From assembly GCA_963826525.1 (NCBI GenBank), contig CAWGXH010000003.1, positions 192,001-256,000 of the forward strand: a stretch of 64,000 bases of DNA. The letters run 5' to 3'. The stretch comes from an uncultured Methanomicrobiaceae archaeon. GTDB taxonomy: Archaea; Halobacteriota; Methanomicrobia; Methanomicrobiales; Methanoculleaceae. The notes beneath the pieces are model-generated. The model saw only the letters and a list, made by a program, of their open reading frames with translations, had not been told where the DNA came from and did no database searches. Shown one piece after another: positions 42,852-53,420 of the stretch (positions are counted from its first letter, which is position 1; the number at the start of each line of letters is the position of its first letter). The position numbers were made by a program, and so were the translations under genes.

Positions 42852-43418
42852 TCAATCCGCGAGGCCGCACTGCTGCAGGAAGCGGGTCACGACCCACTCG
42901 TTCCGCACTTCGGGATGGAACATCACGCCGTACACCGGCAGCGTCCTGTGCCTGATCGCCTGAACGCACGCATCGGAGCGTGCGAGAACCTCGAACGAAG
43001 CGGGCGGCTCGGCTGAGAAGTTGTGCAGTTCGAAGGCCGTAAACCGGTCGTAGCCGTCAAAGAGCGGGTCTTCGACGGATCGCAGGACCTCGGTCATGCC
43101 GATCTCGCTGCACGGCACGATAGCACCGCAAAAGAGGCGTGCGATGATCTGCATCCCCGCACAGATGCCGATTACGGGTTTTTTGTACGAGCGGAGCCAC
43201 GCGAACTCCTCATGCCTCTCGGCAAACGCGTTGTCCATCAGGGCGGTTCCGCAGAGGATGATGCCGTCCGCCTCGCCGAGCAGTCCGTCGTCAACCTCGG
43301 TGAAATGCCTGACGGTATACCGGGCATGCGTCGTCCGCACGATCTGCACGAGCGGCCGGACGAACTCGTCCACACCGAGCGAGTCCTTCGTTTGGCAGAG
43401 ATCGACGATGAGTATCAT
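42852..43418 (-). CDS. Class I glutamine amidotransferase
   Basis: PVIGICAGMQ nucleophile elbow; GVMFHPEV His-Glu. Confidence 0.9.
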   Translation of the reverse strand: MILIVDLCQTKDSLGVDEFVRPLVQIVRTTHARYTVRHFTEVDDGLLGEADGIILCGTALMDNAFAERHEEFAWLRSYKKPVIGICAGMQIIARLFCGAIVPCSEIGMTEVLRSVEDPLFDGYDRFTAFELHNFSAEPPASFEVLARSDACVQAIRHRTLPVYGVMFHPEVRNEWVVTRFLQQCGLAD

Positions 43419-44096
43419 CGCTCCACCAGCCGGGCTTTTCGGATCAGGTACCTGCCGTTATGGTTCCGGTATATCCGTGGAGGCCTCTTCGATCAGAATA
43501 CGCTGTGTAAAGAACGGTGCATCGATCACGAACGTCTCGTACTCCCCGCCTTCGCCGGTCAGGGTGATCCGGTGAGTCCGAACCATCTTTCGGAGATCGC
43601 AAAGGGCGGCTTCGTCAAGCTCCCTCCCGAGCCACTCTTCGTCGAAGGGGGCGGAGAAGACCCCTGCGATTATCACCCGGAAGCCGGCCGCAAGCAGTGA
43701 TTCCATGTACGCCTCCTGGTCGATATACCAGAGGGGGTTATAGCACCAGAGGTGCAGCTCGTTGCAGATACGCTGGATCCGTGTTGCCTGGTAGACCGAG
43801 AGGATTGCACCGGTGACGACGCCCTCGATCCCGTATTCGTCCCGGGCGCGAAGAAGCGCCCGCTTCAGGTCGTCGAGTTCCGCCTCTTCCTCGCCGAGCG
43901 TCTCCACCTCGACGAGCGGGAGTCCGGCGGCCTCTGCCTGGAGCGCTGCGAGGCGGATGTTCGGGGTGTGAAACATGTAACTCTCGTCGTTTTTGGAGAC
44001 GATGGTGATCAGGCAGACGACGTCTTCCTGCATCATTGCCCGGTAGCAGGCAAACAGGGAATCTTTCCCTCCGGAGAATAATACACCGAGTTTCAT
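43415..44096 (-). CDS. Diphthine--ammonia ligase / MJ0570-type PP-loop ATPase (frameshift near C-terminus)
   Basis: LFSGGKDS PP-loop; SYMFH; GAILSVYQ; GEGGEYETFV. Confidence 0.88.
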
Positions 44097-44188
44097 GATT
44101 GAGGTACTATCGGGCGAACGGCCGGAACGTGAGTGATCATATCTCGACCCCGGCCACAAAAAAGGTATGCGGTCTTTCAGGTGCAGAA

Positions 44189-45434
44189 CTATCCGGCACC
44201 GCTCGTTTTGAGAGTGAACCGGAATGCCGCCCCTTCCCCGGGAGAGCCCGGCACGCGGTCTTCGACCCAGACCGCTCCGCCGTAGCGTTCGACGAGGGTT
44301 TTCGCGATGAAGAGGCCGAGCCCTTCACCCCGTCCTTCGTTCTTCCCCTGCTCGAAACGATAGAATATCGCCTCTTTCGTATCGTCCGGAATCCCGGGGC
44401 CGGTATCTTCCACCGCAACAAGGAGCGTCCCGGCGCCATACTCCTCGACGCGAACGGTGATCGCAACATCGGGCCCGCCGAACTTGGCGGCGTTTCCGAG
44501 CAGGTTTGCAAAGACCTCGGCAAGGAGCGGGTCGGCCAGGGCCCGGCGTGGTCCGCATTCGTACCGGATCTGTATATCCGGGAAGTTTGCGATACTCTCA
44601 CGGATGATACGGTCGAGGTCGACGCTCATGTTCCGGACGGTCTCCTGGTGGATCCTCCTGATGGTGGAGACGTTTCCAAGGATCTCGATGCTCTTATGGA
44701 TGCTGGTCATGAACTTTCGTGCATACTCTGACGGGTCGTCCCCGTCATTGAGATCGAGCAGCAGGTCCGCATACAGCGTGGAGACATTGAGCGCATTCCT
44801 GATGTCGTGCGTGAGGATATCGAGGTAGAGGTTCGCCTCCCGGTTCGCCGCCTCGAGCTGCTGCTGGAGGCTGCATTCGAAGAATCCCGGAGCCGATCTC
44901 CCTCCCGATCGCCTCGAGGAGCATCTTCTCCTCGTCCGTAAAGATCCGGTCTTCACGACTCCCGATGAAGATCGCACCGACGGTTGCGGATGTGGCGATG
45001 AGCGGGATACAGGCGAGGGAAGATATCCCGAGTTCCTCAAGCATCAGGGTCTCATGAGGACTTCGAACTATCCCGGCTTCGATATAGTGCGGCTGCTGCC
45101 TGATCAGGACGGTATGGCACGGCCACTTCCCGATGGGGAGCACCCGGTGCCGCGAAAGGTACTCCTCGGGCACGTTCAGCGAATGCCGGATCGCTGCCTC
45201 CGTCTGCCCGGCGTCCAGCAGGTAGATCATGCCGAGGTCAAGACCCATCAGGGTGAGCACGCTCTCGAGAGCATCGGTGAGCATCGCATCGAGAGACTCC
45301 GAGGCGGCGGTAATCCCGATGATCCGGTTCAGTACGGTGAGGTGTCTGTTCTGCTGCCGGAGCGCCTCTTCTGCCGCTCCTGCTCTTTCCTCCCGGTGGT
45401 TCGTCTCTCTCCGGGTAAGCCCGATGGAATTCAC
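44189..45434 (-). CDS. GAF-domain histidine kinase (frameshift ~44875)
   Basis: GAF in ORF 44745-45434; THDIRNALN, NLLGNAAKF and GLGL in ORF 44189-45040. Confidence 0.85.
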
Positions 45435-45774
45435 TGGTCCTCTCTTCCCCCTGCGTTCAACTGTGTAACAGAATTATTCGTTGTATTTTATACTGCTATG
45501 GTCTTGGAAAGATCCAATGGTACTGGATCGAGGCTTTTTGGGGCTTTCCTGACCTTTCAGGTTCTAAAAAGAGCGTCAATCGGTGATATGATTCATTATA
45601 TGCTCTAGAATGGTATTCGGAAGCCTCGGGGATCTCTGCTGCCGTATCCCTGCTGAAGGCCGGTATCCGGCTCCGCCGAACCCCTGCGTACTTATTTAGG
45701 ACTGCATACCCTACAGTCCCCTGCATCAAGAGTGACGACGCTCCTTCGCCGGGCACCGGCGAAGGGGCAGACAG

Positions 45775-46930
45775 GTGAATTGTAACGTACGCCATACGCT
45801 TTTACCGGATATTCGATGCCGGCGATACGATAGATCTGAACTTTCTCGAAGAGAATCTTGCCATCGGCCATGCGACCACCCGCACGAGCTTCACCCGGGT
45901 CAAACCGAAATCGGTCTCGCTGGATGTCCCTCCGCTGCTTGTCAGGCTCCCGCCTGTCCAGGTGAACGCAGGCGATCGAGAGTGGCAGATGGCCACCGTC
46001 GCCCGGATATACGATATCGGTGCAATCAGTCTCTGCTTCATCCTCGAGAACCACGAAGCCCCGCCCTCCGCTCTCCAGGAGGCGGCTCTCCTCTTCGCCG
46101 GACAGAGCGGCCTCGATCCGCTGTACTCCGTCTTTCTCGATCAGATACGAACGATCCTCCACCCGCACCTCGGGGATCTCCCCATCGATCCCGGATTCTA
46201 CGAGGATTATACCATCTTCATCACCGATCACACCGATGAGGCGCTCGACCCGGTCGTCCTCCTCCTCGGGGAGGATATGGTCTACAGTGCGCAGACACGG
46301 GAGGATCTGCTGAAGAATTCACTGAGTTACGGGATCGACGATCTCACCATCCTCTCCTGGGACTCCGCCCTGCTCGTCAGCCCCGATGCTCCCGGTGATC
46401 TCATTGATATCATCGAATATGCTGCCGTACAGGCGCTCGAGTTCCGCTACTACGACCGAGTGCTCACGCAGCAGATGGAGCGGATGTACGAGGATATCGG
46501 GGGTACTGAGCGGCGTTCACAGCTCCGGCGCATCGCCAGGTACCGTAGCATCATGACCCGCCTGATGGAGACCCTTGCCGATATATCCGAGATCACCGAT
46601 AAAGTCGATAACCTCATCAAAATTACCGAGGATATCTACTACGCCCGCGTATACGCAATGGCGCTCGGGGTGCTTCGCATCTCGCAGTGGCGTTCCAGCG
46701 TCAACCGGCGGATCGAACTCATTCACCGGAACTACGCGATGCTCTCGGACGAAGTGAACATCCAACACTCGCACCTCCTCGAGATCATCGTCATCCTCCT
46801 GATCGCTTTCGAGGCCGGGCATTCTCCTCTGGGAGGTCAGCGGTTTTCAGTAATGTCCGTCGTACCGGCCATGGGTCGGCTGCCCGGCCGGCCGGCGATC
46901 GGAGACGACGCCGGGACGCTCAAATTATAA
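45775..46930 (+). CDS. Hypothetical protein, RMD1/DUF155-like (frameshifted)
   Basis: ARIYDIGAISL; YEDY; DIIEYAAVQALEFRYYD; DIYYARVY; C-terminal LEIIVILLIAFE TM. Confidence 0.65.
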
Positions 46931-46976
46931 GTGTACTTTATATATAATTCCGTTTATGTCCCTCCGGTGATGACTA

Positions 46977-47678
46977 ATGGCAAATGGAATCATCCCGTCG
47001 CAGATGACGGCACAACTGGGAGAGATCAATAGCGCGATCAGCAACACCGTTGCGTTCCTCCCGAGTCTCGTAGCAGCGATCATTATTCTTATCATCGGTT
47101 GGATTATAGGGCGAATCCTGGGACGGGTCGTGGCAGAAGTCCTCGACAGGATCGGCGTCGACGACGCTCTCCGGAAGACCGCCTTTGGAAAGTATATCGA
47201 ACGCTCGAAGATGACCCTCGGACATCTCTTCGATCTCATCGTCCGCTGGTTCATCTATCTTATCGCAATTCTGACGGCGGTCAGCGTACTTCAGATCGCC
47301 TCACTGACGGCTGCCGTCGCAGCCATTGTCGCGTATATCCCGAACATCGTGGCATTCCTGTTGATCCTGATCATCGGGTTCATCGTCGTCGACTGGCTGC
47401 TCGACTTCATCCAGAACTTCGGTGAGGCGGAGGGGATCGAGTATATGAGCTTCATTACCCTGGGGCTCCGGGCGCTCTTCTACTTCGTCATCGTCATCCT
47501 CGCCCTTGAGCAGCTCCTGATCGACCTCTCGATCATCTACGTCTTCGTCGTCCCGATCGCATGGGGCGTCGGTCTCGGCATCGGTGCTGCAATCGCCATC
47601 ATCGTCGGGTTCGGCCTCAAAGACCGGGCGCCGGAGATTATGGCATGCATGACGGGCAAGATGAAAAAGAAAGAATAA
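46977..47678 (+). CDS. Conserved-TM-helix (CmpX/MscS-associated) membrane protein
   Basis: Repeated FLPSLVAAIIILIIG / YIPNIVAFLLILIIG units; AIIVGFGLKD. Confidence 0.8.
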   Translation: MANGIIPSQMTAQLGEINSAISNTVAFLPSLVAAIIILIIGWIIGRILGRVVAEVLDRIGVDDALRKTAFGKYIERSKMTLGHLFDLIVRWFIYLIAILTAVSVLQIASLTAAVAAIVAYIPNIVAFLLILIIGFIVVDWLLDFIQNFGEAEGIEYMSFITLGLRALFYFVIVILALEQLLIDLSIIYVFVVPIAWGVGLGIGAAIAIIVGFGLKDRAPEIMACMTGKMKKKE

Positions 47679-48009
47679 TCTCTATTTTCGGAGGATTCCT
47701 CCGGGAATTTCCTCTTCCTGACGCAACTGGCGCCGCTTCTGCGGACTCTCATCTCTGCCCACCGTTCGGGGGAGCTGAAAGGGGAGGTCGGCGCCTGTCG
47801 AGAGCCCTTGCAGCAGGGGCCTTTTCCAACGCGAGCAGGGAACGCCGGTTCGGTATTCGGATCGAGTCTCTCTCCTGAGGGAAAGGGCGGCGCACCCCGT
47901 TCCCGGCGGAGTGAAGATACTATTAAGTGGGCGGAGGACGTGATTGCCGCCCCTGCCTCACACCGGCAGGAGTACCTTCGCCCTGAAGAAGGAAGGGGAG
48001 ATGATCTGA

Positions 48010-48900
48010 ATGGCTGATGGGATATCGAGTGTTGTTCTGGAGCGAAAGACCCGGAAGACGGAAGCGGAAGGGTTCATGAGGTCCGAGCATATTGTCGGGA
48101 AGCATGTGAAGAATATGGAAGGCTACGACCTTGGAGAGATCGCGGGCATGTGGGTAGGGCTGCTCCGGGGCCGGGTCGAGTACGCCGTGCTTGCGTGTAC
48201 GGCGGCGGCGGGAGGAAACTGTTTGCCGTTCCGATCGAGGCTCTCGCCTACCGGCCAGGGGACGATGTCTTCCTGGTAAACATCGACAGGCAGACGCTTG
48301 ATGCCGGGGAGGGCTTCCCGGAGGATGACTGGCCCCGTAAAGCGGACTGGGATTCTGATCGCGTTGACCCGCCCCGTGATGCCGCCGACCCGGGAGGAGG
48401 CGCTTGCCGTGGAATCGACCGAGGCTCCGCCCCCGATGATCACCACCACGGAACGCGTGGTCGTGAGCACCGGGCTCACGCCTGCCAATTCCGTGATCGT
48501 AGATCAGCAGGTCGAGGTCATGGCGGGGGAGTGGACGCCCTCCGGGGCTTCGGGGGATGCGGTGATTGGAGGCGAGGATGCCTCTCCTCCGGTTACCGGG
48601 GCTGAAGCGGCGCGGGGAGAGAAGACGGTGGCCGGACAGGGGCGGCCGGAGCAGTTTTATACAGGACACCGAAAAACCGGTGTCCGGGAGGGGGCACCGA
48701 CGTCTTCCCGGCACATGGGCTCTCCTGAATTTCTTGCCTACCTCGAAGGCACGGAGTACCCCGCAGGAAAGCACGACCTGATCGATCGGGCGAAGGCGAA
48801 TAATGCACCGAAGGACAGTATCGACCTGCTTGCTAGATTCGAGACGAAGAAGTATTTGTCCGTCGAGGATGTGAGAAAAGAGTTGAGCCGGGCCCGATGA
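48010..48900 (+). CDS. PRC-barrel protein with C-terminal DUF2795-like domain (frameshifted)
   Basis: IVGKHVKNMEGYDLGEI..GRVEYAVL; KLFAVPIEAL; C-term YLEGTEYPAGKHDLIDRAKANNAP. Confidence 0.75.
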
Positions 48901-49118
48901 CCCATTTTCGATCCGCCCGGGAGCGGACAGCCGGATGCCGATCCGTCTGTCGGGCTTGCGCATTCCCACGAAGCACCGGCCGGTTCTGTCCCCGAAAACG
49001 CATCCGCCGTGCCCGCTTCATGCCCTGCGCAATGCTTAAGTGGTCTCAGTGCATCACTGCCGGCCCTGCACTGGTGCGGCCGATGCATCAGGGCCGGCAG
49101 ATAAGGGAGATGAGTGCA

Positions 49119-49608
49119 ATGGCTGAAGGAAGGTCAGGGATGGTTATGGAGCAAAAAGTGCGGGAGACGGGAGCAGAGTGGTACATGTCGGGCAACGACG
49201 TGATGGGTAAGAGCGTCCTCAACCCGCAGGGAGAGGAGCTTGGCAAGGTATCCGATATGCGGATTGTTTTCCCCCAGGGCCGGGTCGAGTACGCTGGTAC
49301 TCAGGCACGGCGGCATGCTCGGCATGGGAGGGAAGCATTTTGCCATTCCCGTCGAGGCGCTGACGTACCGGTCAGGAGACGGTGTCTTCGTCGTGAACAT
49401 CGCAAAAGATACCCTGGACAACGCAGCAGGCTTTTCGGAGAATGAATGGCCGAAAGAGCCGGACTGGAACCTGATCGAATCGGCACGGGCACGGGCACCC
49501 CCGAGCAGAGAAGAGGCAGAGGCCATGGAATCTACGGAGACACCGCCGCCGGAGGTCGTTACGACGGAACGGGTCGAGGTGCGCGAACAGCCGCCCCGGC
49601 AGCGGTAA
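49119..49608 (+). CDS. PRC-barrel protein (frameshift ~49297)
   Basis: VMGKSVLNPQGEELGKVSD; GGMLGMGGKHFAIPVEAL; paralog of 48010. Confidence 0.8.
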
Positions 49609-49713
49609 CCTTCAGGAAGATTCCTCCTCTCTACCTTTTTTTTGTCGGTATGTGCGAATCACCACAACCTTTTTCGAACCTCCACGCAAGGGGCACCCTC
49701 GGAGGGTGAGCGT

Positions 49714-50256
49714 ATGGCACAGAATGTGATTGATATACTGAAACAGGAGCACGACACGGTTCTCCCGGTGCTTGAGGAGCTGACGGAGAAGGGCCTCGGC
49801 GACCGAAGCGGCACGTACTCTTCGATGAAGAGCGCTCTTCTGTTGCATATGGAGGGTGAGGAGAAGGCCGTCTATCCACGGTTCGAGCAGGCGGGCATGC
49901 ACGACAAGATTCTGGAATCGATACAGGAGCATAACGCGGTGAAAACCCTGCTGAGCCAGCTCGACAGTGTTTCCATGTCGAACGAGGACGAATGGGTTGC
50001 CAGGATGAAGGTGATCCGGGAGAACGTCCGGCACCATGTCAAAGAAGAAGAGAACGAGATCTTCCCGAAAGCCCGACAGTCTCTCAGCGAAGACGAGCTC
50101 GAAGAGATGGGTAGCCGTTTTGAAGAAGCAAAAGGGAAGAGTGCCCATGGCGGCACGCTGACCGCCACACCTTTTCCCGCGACGCAGGGTCGGCATCACC
50201 TGGTTACCTGCAGGATGTACTGCCGGCCGTCTTTCAGAGTATCCGTTCGAGGATGA
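49714..50256 (+). CDS. Hemerythrin-like domain protein
   Basis: LKQEHD; HMEGEEKAVYP; QEH; HHVKEEENEIFP. Confidence 0.85.
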   Translation: MAQNVIDILKQEHDTVLPVLEELTEKGLGDRSGTYSSMKSALLLHMEGEEKAVYPRFEQAGMHDKILESIQEHNAVKTLLSQLDSVSMSNEDEWVARMKVIRENVRHHVKEEENEIFPKARQSLSEDELEEMGSRFEEAKGKSAHGGTLTATPFPATQGRHHLVTCRMYCRPSFRVSVRG

Positions 50257-50668
50257 CGACGGCATCCCGTACAAATTCCGGGCATTTCGTGACAAACAAT
50301 CCGTCCCGGCCAGCTTTTTCGTATTCTTCGGGGTTATCGAGGTTGTATCCGAGGAGGTCGGTGCAGTTGACCGATCCGTGCCGGAGGGAGAACTCCTCGA
50401 TGAACCTGCGGACGAGTGCACGTGTTTGCGCCGTGGCTGCATCGTCTCCCTGCTTCGCTTTACCGTACTTCAGCCCGATGACGAGGACGGCGCCCGATAC
50501 TGCCCCGCAGATGTTGCCGGTTTTTGAAATGCCGGCACCGAATCCGGATGAGATCTTTCTGGCCGTCTCGGCGTCCAGACCCATCTCCTCGGAGAACGTG
50601 GAGAGTACGGCTGACGAGCAGGTAAATCCATCTTTAAAGCAGGCAACGGCCTGGTCTGATTTGTCCAT
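50234..50668 (-). CDS. C-GCAxxG-C-C family putative redox protein
   Basis: FTCSSAV; ICGAVSG; VNCTDLLG; KCPEFV. Confidence 0.88.
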   Translation of the reverse strand: MDKSDQAVACFKDGFTCSSAVLSTFSEEMGLDAETARKISSGFGAGISKTGNICGAVSGAVLVIGLKYGKAKQGDDAATAQTRALVRRFIEEFSLRHGSVNCTDLLGYNLDNPEEYEKAGRDGLFVTKCPEFVRDAVVILERIL

Positions 50669-50838
50669 GGTACTTCCTGGAGAGGAATATTTCTCAGTGC
50701 ACTATCATGAATGCACGCCCCCTGCTCCCACGTTCGTCCGTCATTCCGGTATGCACCGGCGGCACTGCACCGGAAAAATTGGCGCCCGGTCGGTCAGCGG
50801 GCCTGGCCGAGGAAGGTCTCACGATCGCGGTGAACTCG

Positions 50839-51714
50839 TCAGGGTACTGGGTACATGAGCCCGTGGCCTGCTCCCCGTACCTGCATCACGGAGGCCGAGG
50901 GGATCCGCTCGCCGATGAAGAAGGAGTTCCCGGGCGGGGCGAGGATGTCCCGGTCACCGACGATGAGGAGGGTGGGCTGCTTGAGGGTGCCGAGCCATGC
51001 CGAGACGCCCGTCCTCGCTCCCATCGCCTCTCCCTGCCGGGCGATATTCTCGGGGCTGCTGCTCTCGGTGACGTTCGGGAAGTACTCCCGCGGGTCGGGG
51101 TGTTCTGCCATCCAGTCTGCGGGGAAGAGGAGCGAGAGCAGGCGCATGCCCCGCTCAGCGTCCGTGCCGGAGGTGTCGAGGAGCCGCTTCTCTACCTCGG
51201 GATCCATGGGGATGCTCTCGTTTCCGCCCGGATCGGCGGCATACAGCACGAGCTTCTCGACCTTTTCCGGGTGCTCGTGAGCGAGCGCGAGCGCGATGTC
51301 GGCACCCATCGACCAGCCGAGCACGGGGGCCTTCTCGATCCCGATCGCGTCCATGAGGCCGGCGGTGTCGTTTGCGAAGAGCGGGATAGAGTAATTCTGT
51401 TCGGACGAGGTGGAAAGGCCCATCCCGCGGTTATCGAAGACAATCACCCGGTACTGGCGGGCGAGCCCTTCGAGCATCCGCGTGTCCCACATGTCCATCG
51501 TCCCGGCATAGCCCATGACGAGCACGAGCGGCGGCCCGTCCCCGAACTCCCTGTAGGCGATCTCGATATCGTCGACGGCAACCGTCTGCACGGTTACGTT
51601 CTCGATCGGGTCAGGGGCAGTCTCCGGTGGTGTCCCGGTGCAGCCGCAGAGGAGGCAGGTTGCGGCGAGAAGCAGGAAGACGGCGCCCGTAAAGGCAGGG
51701 GATAGCGTATGCAT
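50839..51714 (-). CDS. Alpha/beta hydrolase with lipoprotein-like signal
   Basis: LLCGCTG; FDNRGMG; GWSMG nucleophile; GDRD; GHG. Confidence 0.88.
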   Translation of the reverse strand: MHTLSPAFTGAVFLLLAATCLLCGCTGTPPETAPDPIENVTVQTVAVDDIEIAYREFGDGPPLVLVMGYAGTMDMWDTRMLEGLARQYRVIVFDNRGMGLSTSSEQNYSIPLFANDTAGLMDAIGIEKAPVLGWSMGADIALALAHEHPEKVEKLVLYAADPGGNESIPMDPEVEKRLLDTSGTDAERGMRLLSLLFPADWMAEHPDPREYFPNVTESSSPENIARQGEAMGARTGVSAWLGTLKQPTLLIVGDRDILAPPGNSFFIGERIPSASVMQVRGAGHGLMYPVP

Positions 51715-52397
51715 GGTGATCTCTCTTCCTGAAGATCCCATCCGGCAGTTGAAGTAATTTTTTAAACGACATTATCCAGCCTTTTCCGGGATGAGAGCCT
51801 CTCTCTTCATCACCCGGTGACCTGCCCCCGGAGAGCATGCCGCATACCCTTCTGACCCCGATCTCGGCTGCCCTCCTCAGATCTCCCTGGACCGCAGGAC
51901 GAAGATTGGCAGACACTGCAGAACCCGTCTGACCTGCAGGAGGAGATGGCCCGGTCATCAGAGTTCTGATCGTGGATGGCGCTGCCATGCATTTTCCGGC
52001 AGTCGAAGTGTCATATGTCACGAGGTTGAGAGTAGATCTATCAGCGGCACCCGGGAGGCGGCCAGAAGAATTCAGCGGCAGATATCCTTCACCCGGGATT
52101 ACGAGGATCTGTGGGGGTGAGGGCACCCGAATGGCAACGGGTAGAGACGGTCGTCACGCTGGGTAGAGAGTGTTTCGATGGAGGGGATCGACCTCGTGGT
52201 GCCTAAAAAAGGATCTCAAATGGTGTCCGGATGAACATTCTAATCCCTGTGCGTGTTCTGTCGGATCGGCGATGTTCTCTGCCGAATTCCGGATTTCCAT
52301 CCCCGAAAACGTGGGGCAGGATTCTCTGACTGTCCGGATCACCTCACCTGCGTACGTCTGATGTTCGTCCTCTCCTCGCACTGCAGTACTTCCCGGC

Positions 52398-52985
52398 TTA
52401 CCGGGGCCTGCCGCCGCCGGGGAACTCGCCCCCGGCCTGGCCTGCACCTGATGAGCCTGCATAGGTCACGATACCCGAGATCGTAACGTCGGCAACCTCT
52501 GTTCCTGCAGTATAGGTTCCCCCGGAGTAGAGGCCGTCGGTGACCGTCCCGGTCGCGCTGCCTCCGGAGTAGATCGTGTAGGTTGCACCCTCTTTGAGTT
52601 CCGGCGAACAGAAGACCACCGACTGATACGCCTTTGTCGGTACGAAGGTAAGAATGTCTTCGCCGTCTCCGGCTTCGATGTGAACCATCGTGCCTGCCGG
52701 CTGTGCCGATGCGAACGTCACCATCACCGAGCGTTGGGTCGATGAGGTGCCGGGAGCCTGCGCCATGCCGGAGCTGCCTGCCGCAACAAGATACCCGCCG
52801 GTAACGGTGAACGCACCGTCGTAATCGAGAGCGCCGTTCCCGTTGTTCGTCGGGCCGTTGACGATAACGACGCCGCCGGTCATATCGATCGAACCGTTTA
52901 CGTCGATACCGTCGCCTGCGGCATCGACGACGATATAGCCGCCGTTGATATGAAGCGAGTTGTTACCGGAAGAGGCGAAGGGCGT
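52398..52985 (-). pseudogene. C-terminal fragment of a Cthe_2159/DUF4353-like beta-helix carbohydrate-binding protein
   Basis: LHINGGYIVVDAAGDGIDVNGSIDMTGGVVIVNGPTNNGNGALDYDG; no N-terminal half or signal peptide upstream. Confidence 0.7.
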
Positions 52986-53420
52986 CCTCTCCCCTGGTCA
53001 GACGGTGGTCAGGGATACTATCACAATCTCTGAAAAACGGCCTTTTGGGGGCGGCAAGACCTGCGGCTCAGGATACGACGGCGGCTGCGCCGGAGTATGT
53101 GTGGATCCGAAGAGTGTAGTAGAGCCGTCAGACTCGGTTTTCATCACGCTGAGCGCGGGTAGCCCGGATTTCAGATGCCGGGTACGGAGTCCCGGGTACC
53201 TACGGGTTGCCGGCTGATCCGTGATTCGCCGCACTCTCTTCCCGTGGCTCCCCCTTATCTCGTATAAAACTCCGGGAAACAGAGTGCGGTTAGCCCCGGC
53301 TCAATGGTCACCGTCACCCCGGCACCCCGGACGGCTCCTCCTCTCCGTGCATGAGCCCTGTATCGGAGGATCGCTTCCGCTCTGCCTTCCGACCGGCAGG
53401 TAAGCCCTCTGCTGATGGGT

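Noticed and set aside
51760-52390. Short ORFs in this intergenic stretch and in 53000-53400
   Set aside because: No motifs, atypical composition and no consistent frame.
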